Source: Candidatus Bathyarchaeota archaeon
GTDB lineage: Archaea > Thermoproteota > CALKCG01 > B24
Reading direction: 5' to 3'
DNA length: 64,000 bases
Assembly: GCA_021161255.1 (NCBI GenBank)
Contig: JAGHAZ010000056.1
Coordinates: 862-64,861 of the forward strand
The notes beneath the pieces were generated by a model. That model had not been told where the DNA came from. It made no database searches and worked only from the letters and a program-made list of their open reading frames with translations. This document shows positions 41,056-50,749 of this stretch, one piece after another. Position 1 is the first letter of the stretch; each line of letters starts with the position of its first letter. The translations under genes were made by a program, and so were the position numbers.

Positions 41056-41562
41056 TTAAACGCGTTCAAACCCGGCTATGGCACGCCATTTATTTCTCCA
41101 GCTTCTCCAACCGGTTTTCACATATTTCTCCCTGGCAGGGTCTTCGCTAACCCACTCCAAGAGGCTTCGAAACCGTCTCTTAGGTTTCTCCTCATCCAGG
41201 ATTAACCCGAGTTTTCTGAGAGATTTCAGAAACGTCTGCTCGGCTAGTCTCTGCGTCTCCCCGGTTATCTTGGTCGGTTTAACATTATAGCCCCTCTCAG
41301 AGAGCCGTTTCCTAGCCTTGGATAAGACGTATCCCGTGCATATCCTGACCTCTTCCTCGCGGCTTACGCCAAGGCTTCTCATAGCGTCTTCGACTATTTT
41401 AGCGGCTTCGTCTAGGTACTTCTTCCTTCTGAAGAGTTCCCCTTGGAAAAATTCGACGGGGATCTCTCCGACGTAGTGTTCCCCGGTCTCCACCCGCCTA
41501 GCCACTATTACGCATCCGCCTACTAAGTCTCCCCAGCCGGCGTCGTCGACCTCGACAGTCAT
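41056..41562 (-). CDS. Hypothetical protein with RNase HII-like first motif
   Basis: VDDAGWGDLVGG resembles RNase HII DEAGRG; ICTGY, ITGETQ. Confidence 0.6.
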   Translation of the reverse strand: MTVEVDDAGWGDLVGGCVIVARRVETGEHYVGEIPVEFFQGELFRRKKYLDEAAKIVEDAMRSLGVSREEEVRICTGYVLSKARKRLSERGYNVKPTKITGETQRLAEQTFLKSLRKLGLILDEEKPKRRFRSLLEWVSEDPAREKYVKTGWRSWRNKWRAIAGFERV

Positions 41563-41575
41563 AGAAGCGTTCTCC

Positions 41576-42196
41576 CTAAACCGTGACCTCTTCGCCTATC
41601 TTGAGAACCCTAACCTCGTACCCCTTCGCCTCCGCCCTTCTCCTGAACTCTTCAGGATCCGCCTTTATCTGGGGGAAAGTGTCGTAGTGCATGGGTATCG
41701 CGAGCTTAGGCCTTATGATGTCTAACGCCTTCAAGGCCTCGTCTATGTTCATCGTATAGGTTCCGCCTATAGGTATGAGCAATACGTCTATGTCGGCTAG
41801 GGGTTTGACCCCGTCCAGATAGCAATCCCCGAGATGTGCTATCCTCTTACCCTCGAAGCCTATGATATACCCGGTCGGATATTTGCTCTGATGATGGCTT
41901 GCAGGTATCATCTCGACCTCGACGCCGTCTATCTCCCTCTTATCACCTACACGCATAACTATGGCCCCTGGGTAATCGCAAACAGGTGGGACGACGACTT
42001 TAGCCCCTGGGTAGCGGTCTATGAAGGCCTTATCGAAGTGGTCAAAGTGTTCATGGGTTACGAGAATTATGTCAGGCTTTCCCTCATACCTAGGGGCTAA
42101 GCTGTTACCTGTAAAGTATGGATCTATCAGTATGGTTTTGCCGTTTGAGATTTCGAAGCATGCGTGGCTCAGATACTTAATCTTCACCGCGGTCAC
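41576..42196 (-). CDS. Metallo-beta-lactamase-fold hydrolase (UPF0173-like)
   Basis: THEHFDH, GD, PIGG, PMHYDTF. Confidence 0.88.
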   Translation of the reverse strand: MTAVKIKYLSHACFEISNGKTILIDPYFTGNSLAPRYEGKPDIILVTHEHFDHFDKAFIDRYPGAKVVVPPVCDYPGAIVMRVGDKREIDGVEVEMIPASHHQSKYPTGYIIGFEGKRIAHLGDCYLDGVKPLADIDVLLIPIGGTYTMNIDEALKALDIIRPKLAIPMHYDTFPQIKADPEEFRRRAEAKGYEVRVLKIGEEVTV

Positions 42197-42321
42197 CCGA
42201 TTTCAGATATACGGGGTCGCAGAAGATATATCTTTACCTCCACCATCGGATAGTAAGGTTAAAATATAGGCGATGCTCCCTTGAAATATGAGCCTTTTCT
42301 CCTGAATAAGGTAGTTAACCG

Positions 42322-42969
42322 TTGGGGGAACTAAATTTGCACGAGAATTTTCGAGTGTTGAAGACCGGCACTACAACCATAGGGTTGGTATGTAAAGACG
42401 GTATAGTCTTAGCCTCTGATACGAGGGTCACGATGGGTTTCATGGTGGCTCATAAGAAAGGCCGTAAGATATACCGTATAGACGACCATCTGGCGATAAC
42501 CATCGCCGGCACTGTCGCCGAAGGTCAGAACGTGGTAGACCTTCTGAAGATCTATGCTAAGCTCTACAAGATGGAGCATGGTAGACCTATACCCATAAAC
42601 TCGGCGGCTAAAATAGCCTCCCGCATACTGTATAGCAATAGACTGATCCCCTTAGCTGTTCAAGCCATAGTAGGCGGCGTCGACGACGATGGCCCTCACC
42701 TCTATGCCTTAGACCCCTTCGGAGGAATTACAGAGGAGAAGTGCTTCTCGACAGGCTCAGGCTCACCGATAGCCATAGGCGAGCTTGAGACGAGTTTCAA
42801 AGACGGTATAAGCGTCGAGGAGGCTATTCCCATAGCCGTCAGAGCCTTACGTGCCGCTATGCGTAGAGACATCGCAAGCGGAGACAGCTTCGACGTGGTC
42901 GTAATAGATTCCAAAGGTTATAGAGAGTTGTCTGAAGATGAGAAGGCGAAATTTGCGTCTCATGCCTAA
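42322..42969 (+). CDS. psmB: Proteasome beta subunit
   Basis: Propeptide then KTGTTTIG, GSGS, RDIASG. Confidence 0.95.
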   Translation: MGELNLHENFRVLKTGTTTIGLVCKDGIVLASDTRVTMGFMVAHKKGRKIYRIDDHLAITIAGTVAEGQNVVDLLKIYAKLYKMEHGRPIPINSAAKIASRILYSNRLIPLAVQAIVGGVDDDGPHLYALDPFGGITEEKCFSTGSGSPIAIGELETSFKDGISVEEAIPIAVRALRAAMRRDIASGDSFDVVVIDSKGYRELSEDEKAKFASHA

Positions 42970-43011
42970 AGCGTCGTCCACGTCTCCGATTAGCCGGGTT
43001 GGTGTTAAGAA

Positions 43012-44934
43012 GTGAGGAGACAGTTCCACGACCCTCTAACCAAGATAAGGGAGATAATCCTAGCCAAGATACCGAAGGAGGTCGGGGTTACTAGGATAAA
43101 CTTCGAAGGCTCTAGATTAGCCATCTACGTGAAGAGGCCTGAAATCCTACTTATCGAGAAAAGCTACATAATCTCCGATATCGTCGAAACGATGAGGCGG
43201 AGGATAGTCGTGAGGTCGGACCCCTCTGTCCGGGTTCCCGAGGAACAGGTCAAGTCGATCGTCGGTCAGGTCGTCCCCAAGGAGGCGGGTGTCGAGAACA
43301 TAATATTCAACGATGTTCTAGGCGAGGTCGTTATAGAGGCCAGGAAAACCGGCTTAGCCATAGGTAAAGACGGCTCCGTTCTTCAAGAAGTTCTTAAGAG
43401 GACTAGATGGATACCTAGGGTCGTCAGGGTGCCTACTATACCTTCGAAGATAATAGCCAACGTCAGACACGTTCTCTACAGCGAGCCTAGGGAGAGGGAG
43501 CGGATCTTAAGGGCGGAGGGAGAGAGGATATTCAGACCTATAACGTTCTCATCCGACGAGGTTCTTCTGATACCCCTCGGAGGGTTTAGGGAAGTCGGTA
43601 GGTCTGCGCTTCTCATAAAGACGAAGGAAAGCTCTATACTCATCGACTGTGGTATAAACCCCGGTGCCTCTAGGCCAAGTCAGATGTTTCCGTATCTGGA
43701 CTTTGAAGGCTTGGACTTAGATACGCTCGACGCGGTCGTGGTAACCCACAGCCACCTAGACCACTGCGGAGCGGTGCCGCTACTCTATAAATACGGGTAT
43801 AAGGGGCTTGTATACTGCTCAGAGCCTACGCTCAGTCTCATGACCCTAACCCAGCTGGACTATCTGGACGTCGCCGCTAGGGGAGGCATGATACCCCCAT
43901 ATACGCAGAGGGATGTCCGAGAGATGATACTGCATACCGTGACTCTTAGATACGGATACGTCGTCGATATAGCCCCTGAGGTCAAGCTTACGCTTTGGAA
44001 CGCAGGTCACATACTAGGCTCCTCGATAGTTCACATACACATAGGCGAGGGGCACCATAACATAGTGGTGACTGGCGACTTTAAAAACGGTAGAACTATG
44101 CTTCTCGACCCTTCGGTCACGGCTTTCCCGAGAGTCGAAACGCTTGTCATAGAGTCCACATACGGCGGTGAGAAGGATGTGATGCCGCCTAGACCTGAAG
44201 TCGAGGCTATGTTCATCTCGACGATAAATAAGACGGTGGAGCGTGGAGGTAAGGTCCTTATACCGACGCCGGCTGTAGGGAGAGGACAGGAGATAATGAT
44301 GGTCATAGACTCCTACATGAGACGGGGTTTGCTCAAAGAGGTCCCTGTGTATCTTGATGGGATGCTCAACGAGGCTACAGCCATACATACGGCCTATCCG
44401 GAGTACTTATCTAGAGGGCTTAGGGATAAGATTCTACGCGAAGACGTCAACGTCTTTCAATCCGAGTACTTCACACCCGTCACTGGTCAGGACCAGAGGG
44501 AAGAGATAGCCGAGGATGGCCCGGCTATAGTGCTAGCTACGTCGGGTATGATGGAGGGCGGCCCGGTTCTTGAGTATTTCAAGCTCATGGCTGGAGACCC
44601 TAGAAACTCGCTCATATTTGTCAGCTACCAGATCGAAGGTACTCTCGGACGTAGGATAAAGAACGGCTTGAAAGAGGTGCCCTTACCTACCAGAGACGGT
44701 AGGATAAATATCACAGAGGTTAAGATGGAGGTGACGGCCATCGAAGGCTTCAGCGGGCACTCAGACAGGAGACAGCTTCTCTCCTATGTAAGAAGGATCA
44801 CTCCAAGGCCTAAAATGGTCATCGTCTGCCACGGAGAGGCTCAAAAGACCCTGCAACTATCCTCGTCTATATCGCGTATATACCGTATCCCAGCGACGGC
44901 TCCCCAAAACCTGGAGAGCGTGAGGCTCAGATAG
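43012..44934 (+). CDS. fttA: Beta-CASP ribonuclease aCPSF1 / termination factor FttA
   Basis: Two KH domains, EVGRS, HSHLDH, AGHILGS, FSGHSD, CHGE. Confidence 0.95.
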   Translation: MRRQFHDPLTKIREIILAKIPKEVGVTRINFEGSRLAIYVKRPEILLIEKSYIISDIVETMRRRIVVRSDPSVRVPEEQVKSIVGQVVPKEAGVENIIFNDVLGEVVIEARKTGLAIGKDGSVLQEVLKRTRWIPRVVRVPTIPSKIIANVRHVLYSEPRERERILRAEGERIFRPITFSSDEVLLIPLGGFREVGRSALLIKTKESSILIDCGINPGASRPSQMFPYLDFEGLDLDTLDAVVVTHSHLDHCGAVPLLYKYGYKGLVYCSEPTLSLMTLTQLDYLDVAARGGMIPPYTQRDVREMILHTVTLRYGYVVDIAPEVKLTLWNAGHILGSSIVHIHIGEGHHNIVVTGDFKNGRTMLLDPSVTAFPRVETLVIESTYGGEKDVMPPRPEVEAMFISTINKTVERGGKVLIPTPAVGRGQEIMMVIDSYMRRGLLKEVPVYLDGMLNEATAIHTAYPEYLSRGLRDKILREDVNVFQSEYFTPVTGQDQREEIAEDGPAIVLATSGMMEGGPVLEYFKLMAGDPRNSLIFVSYQIEGTLGRRIKNGLKEVPLPTRDGRINITEVKMEVTAIEGFSGHSDRRQLLSYVRRITPRPKMVIVCHGEAQKTLQLSSSISRIYRIPATAPQNLESVRLR

Positions 44935-44980
44935 GGTTGGCGGAGTTAAAGATATTAGGGGCCTAACGTTACATAGGCTC

Positions 44981-45049
44981 GGGGATGATGAGCGACACTG
45001 TCTAAGGACATCCCGAGATGGATGATCTGAGCGAGCAGACTCTGAACCC
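44981..45049 (+). ncRNA. Box C/D sRNA, predicted guide for 23S A-loop Um2552 (E. coli numbering)
   Basis: C box ATGATGA 44985-44991, D box CTGA 45042-45045, GGG/CCC terminal stem, then T5; D guide GCGAGCAG is complementary to CUGYUCGC. Confidence 0.75.
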
Positions 45050-45130
45050 ATTTTTGGAAAAATCTCTTCGGCCTCGTCGAGATGAGGGAAGAGAAAAGTT
45101 AACTACTAAGGCGTTCAGATTCCTATGTTT

Positions 45131-45190
45131 GGGGCTGTGATGAATTCAGCCTTGGCGGAGTGGTGAAGACGGATCGACCGTCTGAGCCCC
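45131..45190 (+). ncRNA. Box C/D sRNA with two 16S rRNA guides
   Basis: GGGGCT/AGCCCC stem, C GTGATGA, D' CGGA, C' GTGAAGA, D CTGA, two 12-nt guides, followed by TTTT. Confidence 0.9.
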
Positions 45191-45284
45191 TTTTGTAGGC
45201 ATGGTTCTCTATATTGAGCGAAATATATTTATGCGGTAGGCTCTTTTAGAGAATGGATAGGTGAGAAGGGCAGGGTAGATAGCG

Positions 45285-45866
45285 GTGGTTAAGACCCCAA
45301 TATGTCTATTCGACCTCAAAACGGGCATATTATGTTCAAGCTGTGAAGAAAAGCTTAGGATGGGCATTATCTCAGAGCTCGATATAGAGGTTGCTAAGGC
45401 TCTTTTAAAGCTCGAGGAGACGAAATATCGACATCTTCTTCAAGACGTAAGATTTCACAAAGCCTATGTAGTCGACGACGTGTTAGCCATCCTCGTCGAC
45501 CAGAAGGATGTGGTTAAGCTTGTGTCTAAGGGCGGTAGGCTCCTTAAGGAGCTCGGAGACATGTTCGGTAAAAAAGTTAGAGTTCTAAGCTATAGATGCG
45601 ACTTGAAGGAGTTTCTTGAAGAGCTTCTAGCACCTGCGAGTATACTGGCGCTTAATAGGGTCTGGCTACCAGATGGTAGTACTGAGGTTAAAGTGGTCGT
45701 ATCCTATACGGGTAGGAGACCTCCGATAAACTTCGAAACGGCTAAAAGCCTCTCCATGACTATACGAGGGGTTCCGCTGAGGATCGAGGTTGATAAGAGC
45801 AGAAGGGTTTTTCGACTGTCGAAATCTAAGAAACTCCTTAAGGGTCGGGAATCTGATCGAAAGTAG
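45285..45866 (+). CDS. NusA-like KH-domain protein with N-terminal Zn motif
   Basis: PICLFDLKTGILCSSC, LVSKGG, NRVWLPDGS. Confidence 0.8.
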   Translation: MVKTPICLFDLKTGILCSSCEEKLRMGIISELDIEVAKALLKLEETKYRHLLQDVRFHKAYVVDDVLAILVDQKDVVKLVSKGGRLLKELGDMFGKKVRVLSYRCDLKEFLEELLAPASILALNRVWLPDGSTEVKVVVSYTGRRPPINFETAKSLSMTIRGVPLRIEVDKSRRVFRLSKSKKLLKGRESDRK

Positions 45867-46006
45867 AGTTCAGCAGTAAGACGGAAATACGGCCTAAGAA
45901 AGCCTTTTTCACAGGTTTAGAAGCTTTTTAAGCGTTTAAACAACCGGCGACTAGGTAAACGTTTATATTCCTCGTTTAGATTTTCTGAAGTCTGGGTGAT
46001 GAACTT

Positions 46007-47686
46007 ATGGCGGCTATGGAAGCTATACCTGTCGTTACCGAAAGCGGTCAACCCATCCTGATACTCAAGGAGGGGACATCTAGGACTAGGGGTAAAGACG
46101 CTCTAAGAGCCAACATAATGGCCGCTAGGATAATCGCTGAGATGATCAAGACTTCACTGGGTCCTAGAGGTATGGATAAGATGCTCGTCGATAGCTTAGG
46201 CGACGTGACGATCACGAACGACGGCGCTACGATACTCAAGGAGATGGATGTACAACATCCGGCTGCTAAGATGATGGTTGAGATAGCTAAGGCCACCGAC
46301 AACGAGGTCGGTGATGGAACGACCTCTGTGGTGGTCTTAGCCGGTGAACTCCTAGCTAAGGCTCAAGACCTTTTGGACTTAAATATCCATCCGTCGGTCA
46401 TAGTGGAGGGCTATGAGGCCGCGGCTAGTAAGGCTCTCGAAATCTTAAGGGAGATCGCGGTTAAAGTGAACCCCGATGATAGAGAGATTCTCAAGAAGAT
46501 AGCTAAAACCTCTATGAGCACCAAGTCTGTTGCCGAGAGTAAGGAGTTCCTAGCGGATCTTGTCGTCGACGCTGTTCTACAAGTCGCTGAGAAAACCGAA
46601 GAGGGCTATAAGGTCGACTTAGATGATATTAAAGTCGAGAAGAAGGCTGGTGAGGATATAACCGCTACGAAGCTTATCCAGGGTATAGCCTTGGATAAGG
46701 AGGTCGTGCACCCAGGTATGCCTAAGACCGTTAAGGAGGCTAAGATCGCGTTGCTTAACTGCCCGCTTGAGATCGAGAAGACCGAGATCGACGCTAAGAT
46801 ACGCATCGAAACGCCTGAGCAGATAAGGGCTTTCCTAGAAGAGGAGACCAGGATGCTTAGAGAGATGGTCGATAAGATCGTTAATACCGGTGCTAACGTG
46901 GTGATATGTCAGAAGGGTATCGACGACATGGCTCAGCACTTCCTGGCTAAACGGGGTGTGCTAGCCGTTAGGAGAGTAAAAGAATCCGACATGAGAAAGC
47001 TTGCTAAGGCAACCGGGGCTAGGATAGTCACCAATATAGACGACTTGAGGTCTGAAGACTTAGGCTACGCTAAGCTTGTCGAGGAGCGTAAGGTCGGGGA
47101 GGATAAATGGGTCTTCATAGAGGGTTGTAAGAACCCGAGAAGCGTGACCCTGTTGATAAGGGGCGGTGCCGATAAGGTGGTCGAGGAGGCTGAGAGAAGC
47201 GTCCACGATGCATTATGTGTGGTCAGAGACGTGGTCCAGAACCCGGCGATCGTGGCTGGTGGAGGCGCTCCCGAGACCGAGGTTGCTTTGAGGATAAGGA
47301 AGTGGGCTGAAGGCTTATCGGGTAAGGAGCAGCTGGCTGTTCTGAAGTTCGCCGAGGCCATAGAGATAGTACCGACGGTTCTGTCCGAGAACGCTGGTCT
47401 AGAGCCCATCGACACGATCGTGGAGCTTAGGGCTTCGCATGAGAAGGGTAGCCTATGGGCTGGCGTAGACGTTTTAAACGGTAAGGTCGCGGACATGTAC
47501 AAGCTTGAGGTCCTAGAGCCTCTGGCGGTTAAGGAGCAGATAATAAAGTCGGCGGTGGAGGCTGCGTCTACGATACTCAGGATCGACGATATCATAGCGG
47601 CTGGTAAGCTCAAGGAAGAGGAGAAACCCTCAAAGCCTTCAGAAAAAGAGGAAGAGGAAAGTTTCTCGTCGAGTAGCAGCTTCTAA
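46007..47686 (+). CDS. ths: Thermosome (group II chaperonin) subunit
   Basis: [31 protein letters not shown]. Confidence 0.96.
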   Translation: MAAMEAIPVVTESGQPILILKEGTSRTRGKDALRANIMAARIIAEMIKTSLGPRGMDKMLVDSLGDVTITNDGATILKEMDVQHPAAKMMVEIAKATDNEVGDGTTSVVVLAGELLAKAQDLLDLNIHPSVIVEGYEAAASKALEILREIAVKVNPDDREILKKIAKTSMSTKSVAESKEFLADLVVDAVLQVAEKTEEGYKVDLDDIKVEKKAGEDITATKLIQGIALDKEVVHPGMPKTVKEAKIALLNCPLEIEKTEIDAKIRIETPEQIRAFLEEETRMLREMVDKIVNTGANVVICQKGIDDMAQHFLAKRGVLAVRRVKESDMRKLAKATGARIVTNIDDLRSEDLGYAKLVEERKVGEDKWVFIEGCKNPRSVTLLIRGGADKVVEEAERSVHDALCVVRDVVQNPAIVAGGGAPETEVALRIRKWAEGLSGKEQLAVLKFAEAIEIVPTVLSENAGLEPIDTIVELRASHEKGSLWAGVDVLNGKVADMYKLEVLEPLAVKEQIIKSAVEAASTILRIDDIIAAGKLKEEEKPSKPSEKEEEESFSSSSSF

Positions 47687-47692
47687 TCCTGT

Positions 47693-48616
47693 TTAACTTT
47701 TTAGACCGCAAAGTTTTAGCAGTCTTTCCCAGCCTTCATCTATATTTTTCTGGATCCTTTCGATTATATGCTTGTTCTCTGGCGTAAATAGGTGTCTGAA
47801 CCTACGCTGGGGTCTAAGAAACTCCTCCACAGGCTTAGGTTTACTTACTTTGACGCTGAGCTTGTAGACTCCGTTTTCGACTTCGTAGAGCGGGAAGTAT
47901 CTCGTCTGAACCGCGAGCCTAGATATCTCAACGGTCTTCGACGGGTCGAATCTCCATCCAAGCGGGCATGGGGCTAATACATGCAACACAGTCGGACCCT
48001 CTACCTCCAACGCTTTACGGACCTTCGTGATCAGGTCGTTCCAATACGCTATCGTAGCCGTGGCAGCGTAGGGTATGCCATGAGCTACAGCTATGCCTAT
48101 AAGGTCTTTCTTCCATTCAGGCTTCCCGGGTATAACCTTCCCGGCGGGGCTGGTGGTCGTCCAGGCTCCTCTAGGAGTCGCGCTTGACCTCTGGATGCCC
48201 GTGTTCATATACGCCTCGTTATCGTAGCATATGTACAGGAAGTCATGCCACCTCTCTAAGGCTCCTGATAGGGCCTGCAACCCTATATCGAACGTTCCCC
48301 CGTCACCAGCTATGACGACTATGTCGGGTTTTTCGTCCACGATTCCTTTCTTAACCATGTATTTATAGGCGGCTTCTATCCCTGAGGCTACCGCGGCGGC
48401 GTTCTCGAAGAGAACGTGAACCCAGGGTACTCCCCATGCCGTCTGCGGGTAGGAGCTCGAGACAACTTCCATGCATCCTGTAGGCGATACGACGACCGTC
48501 GGTCCTCTTAAGGCTTTGAGTATCATCTTTACAGCTATCGAGGGGCCGCATCCCGCGCATGCGTTATGCCCAGGCCCCCAAAGATCCTCCACGGGTAGTT
48601 GTTTAAGAGTAACCAT
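47693..48616 (-). CDS. porB: Pyruvate/2-oxoacid:ferredoxin oxidoreductase beta
   Basis: GHNACAGCG, GDGG..DIG, DNEAYMNTGIQRS. Confidence 0.92.
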   Translation of the reverse strand: MVTLKQLPVEDLWGPGHNACAGCGPSIAVKMILKALRGPTVVVSPTGCMEVVSSSYPQTAWGVPWVHVLFENAAAVASGIEAAYKYMVKKGIVDEKPDIVVIAGDGGTFDIGLQALSGALERWHDFLYICYDNEAYMNTGIQRSSATPRGAWTTTSPAGKVIPGKPEWKKDLIGIAVAHGIPYAATATIAYWNDLITKVRKALEVEGPTVLHVLAPCPLGWRFDPSKTVEISRLAVQTRYFPLYEVENGVYKLSVKVSKPKPVEEFLRPQRRFRHLFTPENKHIIERIQKNIDEGWERLLKLCGLKS

Positions 48617-48617
48617 C

Positions 48618-49799
48618 TTACACCACCTCCCTCACGTAACCTGTTAGGCTCGGAGGCTTAGCCCCCTCCGCGACCTTTAGACCAAGCTTGAACAGTTTCT
48701 CAGCCATCTCAGGCGTTACCTCGTCTCCACCCAGCCCATATGTGTAGTTCAGAAGCTTGAAGTCTAAGCCGTGTTTAACCATCAGCGACGCTATATCGCT
48801 TCCGAGAGGACCGAAGACCGCTCCAGGGCTTAAGGCTCTATCCAACACTATGAGGACCTTAACCTTCTCAAGAGCCGATACTAGGTCTTCCTCAGGGAAC
48901 GGCCTGAACAACCAGAGCTTCAAAGCTCCGACCTTTAACCCATCTCTCTCTCTAAGCCTTCTAGCCATGTACCTTATGGTTCCAGCGGTGCTTCCCATCG
49001 ATAATACAGCCACCTCTGCGTCTTCAAGTCCATAGCCGTAGAGAGTATCATACCTCCTACCGGTGAGCTTACCGAACTCCTCACCGACCTCTTTAACGAC
49101 CTTCAGAGACCTCATAATAGCCTCCTGCTGCTGTAGTTTAAACTTATAGTAGTAGTTAGGCATAGCCCATGCGCCGAAGGTCATGGGCTGCTTAGGGTCG
49201 ACCCAGTAGATGGGTTTCCTAGGCGGTAGGAACTTCTTAACATCCTCGTCTTCTAAAACCTCTACGTCTTCCATACAGTGCGTGAGCGTGAAGCCGTCTA
49301 GGTTCACAACTGTGGGTAGCTGGACATCGGGGTGCTCGGCTATCTTAAACGCCTGTATAACCCAGTCGTAGGCCTCCTGGACGTTCTCAGCGAACACCTG
49401 AACCCAGCCGCAGTCTCTAGAGCCCATCATGTCTGAGTGGTCGCAGTGGATGTTCAGCGGAGCCGATAAGGCCCTGTTAGCGACGGCCATGACTATAGGG
49501 CATCTCAGGCCTGAAGCTGCGTAGAGAACTTCGTGCATCAGGGCTAGTCCCTGGCTAGCCGTGGCCGTGAAAACCCTTAAGCCTGAAAGGCTTGCTCCGA
49601 CGCATACCGAGAGGGCTGAGTGCTCCGACTCGACGCATACGAACTCGGTGTCTATCTCGCCGTTTGCGACGTATTCGCTGATCCTCTCGACTATTATGGT
49701 CTGAGGGGTTATCGGATAGGCCGACACAAGTCCCACGTCGCACTGTTTAACCGCGTAAGCTACTGCCTCGTCTCCCATTAAACCTATACGCTTGCCCAT
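48618..49799 (-). CDS. porA: Pyruvate/2-oxoacid:ferredoxin oxidoreductase alpha
   Basis: AYPITPQT, ESEHSA, TATASQGL, YGLGG. Confidence 0.92.
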   Translation of the reverse strand: MGKRIGLMGDEAVAYAVKQCDVGLVSAYPITPQTIIVERISEYVANGEIDTEFVCVESEHSALSVCVGASLSGLRVFTATASQGLALMHEVLYAASGLRCPIVMAVANRALSAPLNIHCDHSDMMGSRDCGWVQVFAENVQEAYDWVIQAFKIAEHPDVQLPTVVNLDGFTLTHCMEDVEVLEDEDVKKFLPPRKPIYWVDPKQPMTFGAWAMPNYYYKFKLQQQEAIMRSLKVVKEVGEEFGKLTGRRYDTLYGYGLEDAEVAVLSMGSTAGTIRYMARRLRERDGLKVGALKLWLFRPFPEEDLVSALEKVKVLIVLDRALSPGAVFGPLGSDIASLMVKHGLDFKLLNYTYGLGGDEVTPEMAEKLFKLGLKVAEGAKPPSLTGYVREVV

Positions 49800-49802
49800 A
49801 GT

Positions 49803-50069
49803 CTACTCCTCCTCCACCATTGTTATGGCTTTCCTAGGGCATTCTTCTGCGCATATACCGCAACCTTTACAATAATCGTAGTTTATAGCTATGTGGTCTT
49901 CAAGCCTTATTATCGCTGAGTCTGGGCAATATATCCAGCATAGCAGACAGTTTACGCACTTCTCGACATCTACCACCGGCTTTTTAGTCCTCCAGCTCCC
50001 GGTCTTATTCTCAAGAGAGGTTCTAGGCTTGGTTATGACAGCGCCCATAACCACGTCATACTTGCTCAT
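49803..50069 (-). CDS. porD: Pyruvate/2-oxoacid:ferredoxin oxidoreductase delta
   Basis: KTGSWR and two 4Fe-4S motifs (YDYCKGCGICAEECP). Confidence 0.92.
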   Translation of the reverse strand: MSKYDVVMGAVITKPRTSLENKTGSWRTKKPVVDVEKCVNCLLCWIYCPDSAIIRLEDHIAINYDYCKGCGICAEECPRKAITMVEEE

Positions 50070-50623
50070 GAAACCACCTCCTTAGCGGATTCATACGCCT
50101 TACGTACGGCCTCGACGTTTTTCTCTCCTAAGGCTCCTGGAAACCTGTTTAATACAGCCTTCTCGATCGACTCGAGCGAGACTATCGGCATGGCTTTGAT
50201 AAGCGCTCCGACCATCGGGGTATTCAGTATGACTCTTTGGAAGATGCTCATGGATATCCCGGTCGCGTTGACGGCCCAAACCTTAGGGTTTACACGCTTA
50301 ACCGCCTTAGCAAGCTCCTCATCTCCACCATGGTTCACCACAGTGAGCTTGGCCTTCGGCAGGTTTCCGCTTTGAACAAGTCCTCTGAGGAGGCTTACGT
50401 CCATAATGATGGCTGCGTCTGGCTTAGATATGGCGCTGTGTATCTCGATGGGGGTCTCGCTTATCCTCGTGTATCCTCTGACAGGTGCTCCAAGCCTCTC
50501 CGCGCCGAACTGCGGAAACGCTTGCACGTGCTTTCCCTCAAGCAACGCCGCGGACGCTAGAAGACGGCTTGCGGTGATTACTCCTTGGCCAGCTCTACCG
50601 AGCCAAAATATCTCCCACATCAA
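50066..50623 (-). CDS. porG: Pyruvate/2-oxoacid:ferredoxin oxidoreductase gamma
   Basis: GRAGQG, AFPQFGAERLGAP, NTPMVGA. Confidence 0.92.
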   Translation of the reverse strand: MMWEIFWLGRAGQGVITASRLLASAALLEGKHVQAFPQFGAERLGAPVRGYTRISETPIEIHSAISKPDAAIIMDVSLLRGLVQSGNLPKAKLTVVNHGGDEELAKAVKRVNPKVWAVNATGISMSIFQRVILNTPMVGALIKAMPIVSLESIEKAVLNRFPGALGEKNVEAVRKAYESAKEVVS

Positions 50624-50749
50624 ACTCTAACCTCCTTAAGCCATTATTAAGGAAAGGCCGACCTATACTTAAACACTTTCCACCACCTTCGAATCGCTAT
50701 TTAAGTCTAACCGCCCAGTGCGACCGTGAAAACCGTTAAACCAGTTTCA

